From Botryllus schlosseri (lineage: Eukaryota): a stretch of 64,000 bases of DNA. The notes under the pieces were generated by a model that saw only the letters and a program-made list of their open reading frames with translations, did no database searches and was not told where the DNA came from. Below are positions 1-11,700 of this stretch, in pieces. The translations under genes were made by a program, and so were the position numbers. Position 1 is the first letter of the stretch. Each line of letters begins with the position of its first letter. The DNA lies in assembly GCA_051294905.1 (NCBI GenBank), contig CM119382.1:5580001-5644000 (forward strand), read 5' to 3'.

Positions 1-375
1 CCTGGGTTGCCTGAAACGAAACGCGATCGCACGGTAAAACAAGGTAATAAACAGATGGGGTGTTCAAAAATAAATTTTTTCTTCAAATTTTACTGGCTAT
101 TCAATAATATTGTTAGGTCGGCTGAAAAAACGCTGCATACCAAATTTGGCTTAATTACAACGTGTAGAAAAGATGCTATTAGAGAGCAATAATTGGACTT
201 GTGCTGGGGTAGAAATTCATAATGTTACTTCTACTTCTACTTGAGTAAGACATACCAACGATGGCTACTTTTTCCAGCTCATTTTTGAAAATTTTGCTAC
301 ATCTACCTTCAGCAAGGTAGCCGTCAGTTGGACTAACGCACATTATACATAATCAACCTGAACAACATTACATAC

Positions 376-3300
376 CTTGTTACAGGCGCGCTTTTTTCAT
401 CGAAGTAAAACGATGACCTGAAACATAGTTATTTAGTGAAAGAGGAGCGCCAGAATTGAGAATAACAACGTAAGAAAATATTTGTGGTTCAGTTTCATTC
501 ATATCAAACGCATACTCTACCCTGACAAAGAAAGAATTTTGGCACAAAGGCACCAGAAGCACACAGCAAACATTGCCATCAGATCTATGTACAGGGAAGA
601 GCTGTACTGGCAAGCTCGAAAAAACCAAAACAAAATCCACAAGTCAACTTGTAGAGATATGCACTTTATAATTGCACCCAAAAACTTCACTGGAAAAATC
701 TTATTTGAAACGAAACCAGTGTCCTTGCATCAGCAGGTGGATGCCAAAACATAAAACATAGCATTGAATAGCAAGCGTATTCGAACCTAACGCAAACATA
801 ACGTGACTAGTTCCCAAATATACAGTACCGGTATATTCGGGAATAAATATACTAAGGAGGTGTGGCAAAGGCGAATGGTAATGAGCAGCACATACAACAG
901 GAAACCATCAGATTTTAAAATGATTTGCAAGAAAAATGAATATCAAATCATAAAACAATTTCAGTGGTTTTACTGATGTTGAAGTTAACACACTTTCAAT
1001 ATCCAATTGACTAAGACTATATTCATAATTCATATTCCTTCCCTTGGAGTGTGTGTAGTATCTAAAAATAGTACATTGAGCTCAAGTGATCTCTTCACCC
1101 AGATTATTCAAAGTTTCATGGCGGCGACGTCATATTTGGTGATACGATTGTTGGTATACAATGTTATTTCAAATTCTCTACCAGTTGCTGACTAAAATAT
1201 CCGGGGTTATTTCAATATGAATATACCAAGTTCTGTACCTCTGAGAAACCCTTTAACAAACTTTGACCGTGTTTTCAAAGCAATACTGACATAAAAACAA
1301 CCAGTCTTTCTCTCACTGATGATATATAACTGCAGCCTGGCAATGCAGACAATTAAAAATCCTAACTACAATGGTCTTGCAGTAGGTACATATGCCATTA
1401 ACAGTTGATTACTCGATGCAATTATGCTGGTTCATGTTCCAAATTAGCCATGTAACACTTTAACTGAAAATCCTAGCAAGAAATTAGCCAGTTGATGTAG
1501 TATCTTTACCTGGTCAAATTACTGTCACTATCCGAGTGTGAAGAGTCCAAGTAGAATGCTGATCCGCCTCGATCAGATCTGTAAATATAACACGATATCA
1601 AAACGGCTGTGAATTATTCTTCATTGGAGATGGTGCATTTTAGAACGATTAAACAACCTATCTCACATTTTGTAGGAAACTACAGGCCATACTTGCCTTG
1701 TGAGGTTCGTTTCACTAGCGGGGTGCATCGTCCCTGAATTTGTGTAGAAACTCGAGTTTCCTTGACCTGACCTGTGATATATGAATGCATGCACAGTGTC
1801 ATTTCCTCACAGTACCCCAAGAACCATGTAATATTCCTGTACCTCGCGAGATTTGTTTCGCTAGCAGTCAAAGGCGTTGTGTGTCTGATAAAAATTGAGA
1901 ATTGAATTGTAGTTACCCTTTATCAGTAGTGATATATGTATAAAATTTATAAGTGTTCGTAATGACAGTAGTAGTACAATATCGGTCTAATGAATCAAGA
2001 TCAATCTCCTGGAAGATATCATCATAACCCTAGAAATTATGCCATTAGAAAACTTCTCACAATGGTTATGTAATGAAATGTTTTCAGTGCTGACTTCCAT
2101 TCACAACTGCGAACTCAATATTCTGTGTTCCTACATAAAAACTACCATTTTGTGATCATTGGACAATAAATGCATATCATGAGTCAGTCATCCATGCAAA
2201 ATAGAATTCACTACATGTAAGAGTCCCTCGGACAAACCGTTATAATTTTGTATTTTGATCCTGTACAATCATACACAGCAATATCAATTGATCGAAAGAT
2301 AATAATAACAGCATAAGCGCAAACACATAAGCTCCAGACAAAATGAAAGTAGTTTATTTGTGATCAATGGATGGCAATAACCGCAAGAGCTCAAAAGCAG
2401 TGATTTGGTTCAAATGAAACAGGTCACAGAATATATTTGAAATATTAGTACAAAACAGATCACAAATAACAACAAAGGTAGACCTAGTCTCCTCAGAGTA
2501 GACTATCGAATGATGACTAAAAAGAAATGTTCACCAGCCTCCACAATCTATCTTTTTCAGTCACTGTAGACTATTTATAACACTACACAGCATAACTTAC
2601 AAACAACACTATTAAGGGTTCAGCAATAGCATGACCGTTTGGCTTATATAAAGTAGCCTATGTCACCTGTGTGTACCATGAGGAGATTTACCAGTAGGAA
2701 GTCAGAGAACCAACACACGCCCACTACAACTCTTAGTAATAACAACTCAATGAGACGAGGTGCCGTAATCAGGGTCCGTGTATCTTTTCCGCATGCCATA
2801 TGAAAAGAGTTGATGAAACAAAATACTTTGAAAGTCTTGTACTTTAGAGGTGATGTAAATATGATAAATGTAAACAATGAACTTTCATCACAACCATTTA
2901 TTTTGATGCCAATGTAACTACAGACAAAGATGACAGGGATTGAAACTAATAAACCCATTATTAGGCCTACCATTTCAAAAAGCTAAGGAATCTTCATATG
3001 TGTAGTTCGAATTTCCGTCAACCATGGTTGACTGGTCAGTTGAATATTTCTACTACATTCATCTACACGTGCCCACCATGAGCAGCTACAAATGCTAGGT
3101 GTTATACTCAGAGGAAATTTAATGCTCATGCAGTGCCATCGAAGGATTCATAAGCGTTAAAGATATTTGCAATGAAATTCAGACAATCATAATAGAGACT
3201 TGTGTTGAATTGTAAAATACAAACCACTTTACTAAACAGCTCAGACACATTATATAAAATGATTTCCCTATTCCACTTAGGGACTCGGTAATGATTGACA

Positions 3301-4995
3301 AGATGCTGTTTTAAATAGACAGTCACAGTTTACTTACAAAGTATGCTTGTCATCACTTTAAGTGTTTGATTCAAGTCATGAAATATTTTCAGTCAGCTAC
3401 TTTTATTAGCATCTATCTACTATGCTCATTGACTCACATCTTGCAAGAGATAAGCATGCCTCATTCACAGAACATTGTGGTGTCATAGATATAAAGCAAG
3501 ACATTTTCTGCACAGAGTGGGCAATGAATCAATGATAGTAAACTACCTATTCTCAGCTCTTCATTAAACAGATACGCAATAGTTTTTCTATAGGCCTATA
3601 TAGCCATAGTATTTTAAATGTTTGTTACAACAAGTGGGGTAAAGATTTCTATTCTGTCCTGACCAAGCATGGAAGTAGAGAAATTATAAATTGCCATAGA
3701 AAGTGAAAAGCTATCAAGGCATGATAGTGGAAAATATATGAAGATAAAAAGACGGGGATAAATCCTACTGCACCAAAACTCATCCAAACAGTTCAAAGCT
3801 AGAATTGATTAAGCATTAAGTCCAATGCTACAAAGCACAATACCAATTTTAACGTAAAAAGCAACTAGGCCCAACGAACATACTGCAAATATAGACTAAA
3901 AGGCACGCACCGAAAAGGATTTCAAGCATTCAGCACATTATCTACAAGGTTCTCCCTACACAAATACACCGAGAAATTGAGCCTTCCTTACAGGAGCACT
4001 AAAATCTATCAATCCCACAAAATCAATACGACTTAAATCGCAAGATACAGGAGGATTATTTTTACAAAATACGAACGATTGATATGCGATATGCAAGCAC
4101 TGCGTGAATATCAATGTCAAATGATAAGTTCACCGACAGTGCAAACATCTAGCCCACGATACAAACGAAATGCAGGTTGCAAAAAAATATGACTTGGTAA
4201 ACAATTTTGACAATATTTCAGCCCAACACAAACATTTTGACTTAATTTGACATGTCAAAAAAAAACCGCCCTGGTATAATCACTAATCAGCTTCCCAAAT
4301 AGGCTTTGAGAATGTCTGAACTAGGATGCTGACCTTCCCAAATTTAAGGAGGGCCATGGAACATGATTAAATCAGAACCATATTATATAAAAGGAACGGC
4401 AACCACTGCACCAACGCATTAAGCAACACTACGAGAAGCATTCAAGTTAATAATTAACGAATGTGTTTGTTGTCGCTATGACACTAATTCACGAATTAGG
4501 GCCATGGTTGATGCAATAAATGAGAGAAGTGTTATCATAACTCACTGAAACTGTAATATACAACTGGAAATAGACAAAGACAATCAACAGAAGCGGCAGT
4601 TTCATTACTACTGATCAAGTTTTGAAAACTTACCTTTGCAACTGTTGCTCTTTTCTTGGCAAGCTGGATGTTCGCTGGTCTTGATCCAGAAGAGTATTGT
4701 CACTGGCGGACCGACCTTTCATTGGTGGTGGCGGGGGAGGACGCGCTGGTTTCGGTCCATCTCTCCTGGGTACATTCGGAACAGACTGTGTTGTTGGCAC
4801 GGCAGTAGAGAGGCCTGTAGGGTCAGATCTCTTGCGGTCTGGCATAGACGAGGTTTGTTCCAGTGACATGTTGTGTGCAGAACTTCCATTTTCGCTATTT
4901 GCGTCATCAGTCAAAGAAATTTTAATATTCGATAGTAAGTCAGTATTCGATTCATTAGATTTATCATGTAACGGGTCAAACTCTGATATGTCCAT
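376..4995 (-). CDS. Unidentified multi-exon protein, N-terminal low-complexity/proline-rich part; continues beyond the left edge
   Basis: Phase-compatible exons 4995-4634, 1884-1843, 1771-1697 (GC donor), 1578-1510 and 417-376, all with AG acceptors. Translation: MDISEFDPL...PARPPPPPP...QLQR|HTTPLTASETNLAR|SGQGNSSFY...SETNLTR|SDRGGSAFY...SDSNLTR|SSFYFDEKSAPVTR. No recognisable domain within the window. The ATG directly follows an acceptor (tacttttag|ATG), so upstream exons are possible. Confidence 0.6.
1105..1255 (+). mobile_element. PLE terminal-repeat remnant
   Basis: tttcatggcggcgacgtcatatttggtgatacgattgttgg..gttgctgac..aaaatatccgggg..caatatgaatata; ribozyme core deleted. Confidence 0.7.
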
Positions 4996-6249
4996 CTAAA
5001 AGTATTAAAATACAACGCGGTATGGTACCTGCAAGGCTGCAACAGCTATATATAACAGGCAGATGCTATATATTCCATGCATAAAAAATTGAGACATCGT
5101 ATGTAATTTGCTAATTTAACAAGTTACGTGTTACTGTAACAGAATTTTAACCATGTCACGCCGGGAAGTGGGTTTAAAATGGTTCACAATAACTTTTAAA
5201 TCACTACCGTAATAGCTAGATTAGGCAACATTTGGGGTGTATTGTAATGCAGAGCTGTGGTCGGCAACGTTGGCATTATAGTACGGAAGTCAAGATAAAT
5301 GATGGAAATTTAAGAAAAAAACAGGTTACTCTCTTCAAGTCTTCAATTGAAACATGTGTTTTGCTGCCCTGCTGGGCACACTATAGTGATCATATATTAT
5401 CTGAGCCGCAATGAATTTTCAATTCTCAACATTTGTGTGGAGTATTGGCGATAGTGTGGTAGTATACGCATCAATCACTCGGCACTATGCATCCCTCCAG
5501 GGCAACCGTTTATTGTGGATGGCCAAAGCCGCACTTAAAAAGCACCAAGTTCAAGTGGTACACCAAATATCGCTACACTATAATATAATGGAGAAACATA
5601 CGAATATTCAATCATTTACTAACTAAATAAAGGTCTCAATGCAACCAATTTAAGCCTGACAAATTACTGCACTACACACATCTTGCTAAGAACATGAGGC
5701 CAAAGGAAATAAACAGACAAGTATGGAGCACAGAAAATCACCTAAGCATGACACCCATTGTTTCGTTTGAGCGTGGCTAACATTTGTGCCTTCATAGATT
5801 GGTCGGACTGCGCGGAAACATATTCCGTTTGCAACCAGCCTGCAGAGCGAAAAAGGTTGCCGCCCGATAGAGTATACGGACATACGGTACTTTGTTTTGT
5901 ACAAGAGTTCTTGTAATAATCCAACGATTACGTAAAAAACATTATATGACAGGGCACTTTATTGTAGTTCTTGCAGATACTGTAACATAGCCTGCCTCTG
6001 CGTATGTATCTCGCCGAACTTGACTCCAAAAAAATAACCAACCAGCATAGCTCCTCTGATCAGTCAGAATCGCTCCGATCAGATCAGTTGTAAAACAAGT
6101 CAGGCGTGACAAAACATCAGATCAAAACACCACAAAATTGCGATATCACGAAAATAGGAGGCTGCAGTTTATATAGCTAAGTGGCTGCGAACGACTTGAA
6201 GAGGTCTTTTTAACAGACATCCACGCGGAAGATAAATAGAGAAACAAAT

Positions 6250-6700
6250 TGCATTTGTCATTTATGAGGCAATGGAAATCATCGCTCTGTCAAATATGCC
6301 GGACCTCATGTATGGAAAAGTATCTCGCCGGCTATCAGTCAGTCGTCGAGCATGTCCAATTTGTTCATGTCCTGTCCATGTCCACATTCAAGTCGATATA
6401 CAAACAATTTCTACTGAATGAGAATACTAGTCAGCCCTCTACTTAACCAGACCACGACCTGACATATAGATCTCGCCTACTGTAACATATGCCACCTCAT
6501 TTTGTCGCTTGTCCTTTTATAATTACTTTTTACTTTCATTCAGTGTGCAGTGCATTCTGCAAACCTCATCTTTACATCATCTAGGCCCAGGTGGGTGTGT
6601 GATCTCAAAGACTACTCCAAGTCGTTTCGACACCTTCCCATCGTGTCGCAGTCTTGTGGTGTTTTGAAATGATGAAATTTTAATAATAAACTGAACTGAC
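6250..6700 (+). mobile_element. L2/CR1-type LINE 3' end (ORF2 C-terminus, UTR and tail)
   Basis: Residual translation HRSVKYAGPHVWKSISPAI..FKSIYKQFLL, followed by UTR and a tail ending aataaactgaactga. Tail copies at 25695-25890 (-), 26398-26530 (+) and 51140-51285 (+). Confidence 0.7.
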
Positions 6701-8259
6701 ACACGCGGACACAATTGATAAAAGAACACGGATTCCCACAGGCTTATATACCCATTTAGACCATCAAACCAGGCATTGACCAATAACAAGCTCCGATAAC
6801 CTATGTCTTGTACTACTAACTTGAATAAACACAGACCAACAAGAAGAGGACTGACAGCAGAGCATATCACGTGAATCCGAAAAGAACGTCTTTTGATATT
6901 GCGATGCCACAAGCTCTTCTTATCCAATTCTATTCAATGCACTCAGCCTTGATTTATGTCTTGGATCACCCTCCTTCCTTCCACCATCTCCGGCTGAAAT
7001 CCACCTTCAACTACATGCATACTGCAATCACCGAGACCAAGTAACCAAAAGAACGTTCAAGGTATGGATTATATTTCTTATATACTTCGCACACAAAAAA
7101 ATTCACTTTGCTAACACAAAATCATCAACAACAAGCAAATGTAACTATTTCGAAACAAAAATATGTATTTGCAACAATAGAAGTTATGGTCCAGAGTTGC
7201 ACCTCAATTTGAGATTGTATCTAAGAGTAAAAAGTTTACATACACCATAGGCATCTTACAACAATTTTCAGCCGGTAACCGCATTGCATGCTTGTTAAGA
7301 CAGAACGTAAGAAACCTTTTGGTCAGCAGAGTGTGCAATATACTAGAAAACTGAATAGTCTTATAAGGTTTTTTTTTATGTCCATACATCTCTACTAAGT
7401 GCAGTGAAAGTGAAGAATTCTACTGACGATAATATTATCAACAATAACAACGATAGAAAAAGGACGAAATCCACAAGTCTGGACTTCTATATGCTTCAAA
7501 ATGGAACAGTTTAGGTGATATCTAAGACAAATTGAGACATAACATGCATGCTATATACTTAAAATTTGAGATATTCGGCGGGTCAGAATTTCAGAAGTGA
7601 TTCAACTCTCAAATATCACATCCAAATTACACTTGACACGCAAACGGTAAATGCTGTTTTAAAGTCTACAAGTAATTAATGGCGAGTAGCTAACCAATGC
7701 TGTGCTTCGGAGTAAGATCAAAATTACTGGATATTGAACGTTTCCATAAAATGCTATGGCCATGATCATGGGGAGGCAAAAATAAAATAAAATGCTGCTA
7801 ACGAATCGAAAATGACAAGAGTAGGTAGGTTCAGGATTTCAATGGCCGATATTTTCTCATAACAAAACAGTACAGTTACAAGGAGCAGGTTTCATTTACA
7901 TTGCCCTGTTGCTGATAGAATTGAAAGACGACCATTGAAAGATGAGATAATTTACTATGGTATTCAAGGACAGTTATGAATTATTTCATTTTCTACAGTA
8001 AATCGATCAAGAAGACTTCAGATTCCGGTTGGCAGATCTACGGGAATATAGTTCGAAAATAAACGTCCTAAACCACAAATATCTTGAGACAGATTCCAAC
8101 ATTTTCATCAAAATAACTCGGTATTGGAATTTTCTAATTCCCACTACCCCTATGTTCACGGTGTTAAGCTCATATTTAGCATATCGAGGTAAAAAGCCCA
8201 ATTAAACCGTCGATCGGTATTTATGTATGTTATTACTGCAGTGAACCATTTTACGTGTA

Positions 8260-8707
8260 CACGTGTTCAAAAGTACTTTTTTCTTCAAATTTGACTGGCT
8301 ATTCGATAAAATTGTTGGTTGGCTAAAAGAAAACGATGCACAACAAATTTGGCTTATTTCAACCAGTAGATACAAAGTTATTAGAGTACAAAATTTTGGA
8401 TTTCAAAAAATAGTATTTACGGTGATTCTTATTATTATTGAATTTTATATCCAAAATTATGAACACCAATAACTTTGCTTATACCAGTTGGAATTGAGTC
8501 AAATTTGCTATGGATCATTTTTTTAGACAACTTGACAATTTCCTGAGACTTGCAATAAAATTTGAACAAAAATGATTTTTATATTATTAATTTGAATATT
8601 TTCTAACGTATAGCTTCACTTCTACAGGTTGGAATTGAGCTAAATTGTGTGCGCAGCGTTTTTAGCCAGTACAATTTGAAGAAAAAAGCTATTTTTGAAC
8701 AACCCTA
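8260..8707. mobile_element. TAGGG-terminus MITE family copy just downstream of the STK40 stop
   Basis: gtgttcaaaag..ttcttcaaatttgactggcta ... tagccagtacaatttgaagaaaaa..tttttgaacaacccta. Further fragments at ~55-190 and ~16300-16720. Confidence 0.72.
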
Positions 8708-8742
8708 GCGTCCATTTATTAAGTCCTATCGATGGCCGGGTG

Positions 8743-11700
8743 TCACGTAGAATTTTGCGTCCTGACCCCCAACGTCGAGTTCACAAGGAGCCTGCGATGC
8801 ATCGCGATCTCTTCCTGGGTCAGGGGCCTGGCGTCGTACGGGCAATGCTGCATTGTCGGCAGTGTGGACTGGTAGGAAGACCGTGCGAATGCTGTAGCAA
8901 AACTTGTTTTAGAATTGCGCCGGCCAAAGTGTGATGCTTTACGGAAACGAATTACCTTTAGTTCGATTTTGTGATGGCGTGGCGTCTTCATCATCACTCA
9001 AGAGCTTCAAACGAAATTCCCTTGTCAATCTCTCTTCAAGGTACTGTTGTTCTTCGTCATCCTAAAAAAGAGATATCGTCTGCGTTCAACATTACCAGTC
9101 ACGATTTCGTCTGCGCATCACGCTGACAGTAGCCTCTTCATTTTCGCAATTCCCATTGAGCGGACAACAGTGGTTCTGCTAAGCCGCAGAACACTTACAC
9201 TAATCTACAAGCATTTGCGAAACCCCAAAAACTGTAATCTGTCCCGAATCCCATCTAACCACACATGTATATATTACTAGAGATTGGTGGTGCACAAAAT
9301 GAACTGTCAATCGTTTCACCATAAATACGCTGTCCGACACTCTCAGACTGCGCGTTAACGGTGCAACACTCTACCATGTATTGACAGTATCGATCGAATT
9401 AGTTGAGCAAAAGCGGTCAATCGTGGATTGTTTGACAGAAGATATCTATGTCACAGTGAATAACACATACTTATTCGCACTAGGTATACGTTGTGGACTC
9501 TATACGGAAGTAACTAAAACATGTACATTTTTACAAGGTTATCTCGTCTTCTTGACTATGTACACACTCGGTTGCCCTGCTCTCGTCTCGCTTCGTGGCG
9601 TAGTTGGTTAGGCGTTGACATTCTGAATCCAACGGTATATTACATGTTGGTTTCGCATCCCATTGAGGTCGTGTTTTACAGTTTTGAAAAGTGAAGTAAA
9701 ATTTTTCGGAAATACCAGCCGGTTATAACCTTGAATACAAATGTAACAGTACCCCGTGCCAAAAACCAATTTCCTATTCCTACGCACTACACCAGGATCG
9801 AATGCCGAACCTTTTTTTCATCCTCTGAATCCGAAGAGCTTTCTTTTTCGTTATCGATATCGGGTACGACTTGCACTTCATTCGGAGAGTACCGATGCAG
9901 CGACCTCGCGGACACACATCGTCTCAGAGCTTGCAGGGTTTCTCCGGACGTCAGACGGGCTGCCGGGTCGAAGGTCAAAAGACCACGGATGATGTCGTTG
10001 ACTTGCGTCGACGTGGTGGAGTTGCTGAAACAGGAGTAGAAAGGGTGATATGTTTGTGAAGTCTTGCGGCCGAATCATGGTTCGAGGGCACCTTTGTAAG
10101 CAAAACTACCTTCTTTTCACACTTGAATGTTTTAACTCGAATGTTTTAAAACGCTTGGCCCGTAGTAAAAACATTGGAGCCTAGGAAACTTAGGCCGCTC
10201 CGTGACTCGTGGCTCGTGATAATGCTACCAATGTTCAATGCAATGATGAGAAATTATAGTCATGGCCTGGACAATTCGCAATTGTCGCTCTTGCACCGCA
10301 AAAGATTTAGGAATGTTTTTTTGATTGCCAGCCCGAGTCTGTGCCGGGCCAATGTTATTCCAGATTGTATCACACAAGCTCCAGGGTTAATTTCCCCACA
10401 ATGAAAATACTACACCATCTTAGCTGACAGTAGATATCATATTGAAATTAATCCAGATCATATGCAAAGACAGGCTGGACCATTGATACACAAGGCAACT
10501 AGGCCACAATTCATTGCGCATCTTTACTATTCATATTTGAGCGCAGAATGGAAAGATCTCCCCGCTGTGCTGTAATATGATCTCCACGTTCTCTCTGAAT
10601 AAGGAACCTCGCTTTGGTAACTAAGGCCAAGATACATCTCTGTCTCTGTTTCTGCTGTTATCATAGTTAAATTGTACTATTACAACTAGGTTTTATACAG
10701 GCAAATGATGAAGTCACCAGCACCATGAGGATTATCTGACAGTTGTAATATCTGCATGACTGCATTTGTGCATACATTTAACCTGATGTGTGATGAATCG
10801 TTAGATCTTCGAACTTGAAACATCATTTTCTGAAGCATTCTCCTATTTTTTAATAAATATACCACTTTTCTTTTTAAATATCCCTTGTTTTTTTCCGGCT
10901 GGCTACACCCCTGTTATATTCATATTGAAATGAACCCGAATATTTCCGGCTGACACTCGTCATTTATCAAAATACGTCAACCAAATATGTGTCTACTGAA
11001 GGATCTCGTGTACCGCGTAAAAATAGTATATTGGAGTTCAAGCGCTCTCTCCGTCCCGACTATTCGAAATTTCATGCAGGTTACGTCATATTTTGCGACA
11101 GGATTATTGATATGCAATGTTCTCTCCCATTCTCTACTAGCTGCTGACGATTACCCCTGACGAGTGTCAGCCGAAAATATTCGGGTTCATTTCAATATGA
11201 ATATCCGACTCAATTGTATATTGCTGTTCTGTACCTCCAAGAAGCAGTTGTAATTGAGAAGAAACATATAGTGTTTCTTCAACTTAAACTGCGACTAGCA
11301 ACACCCATGACTTTGGCCACCTCCCCTTTTTGATTACTAAATACATTCGTATCCCGTCAACAAAGAGTGTGTCATTCTCACCTTGGAATGACAAAGTCTG
11401 CTTTACGAATCTTTTTGAAGAGTTGCATCGGATCCTTGTCGTAAAACGGAAACTGACCGTACAGCATCATAAAAAGCACGACACCGAGTGACCACATGTC
11501 GCTGGGCTTTCCAGCATAAGGTTTTCCTGTCAATAGAATTGAAGATATAGTTTGAGTATAAACATACTGCAGCAAAATCATATGAGCTCGATACCACAAA
11601 AATGTCGAAGCAAAGCATCAGTGATCACATAAGATTATATCAGCAACCAGACACTAAAACCAGATTTGTATGACAGTCCATGGACATATGAGCATGCAAC

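Noticed and set aside
1915-2030. Protein-like frame GYDDIFQEIDLDSLDRY on the minus strand after a good acceptor
   Set aside because: It needs a phase-0 upstream partner that was not found and would leave only a 32-nt intron; not included in the gene model.
2644-2973. 109-aa hydrophobic ORF and nearby retroelement-like words
   Set aside because: No motif, multiple stops on the other strand, and no splice context.
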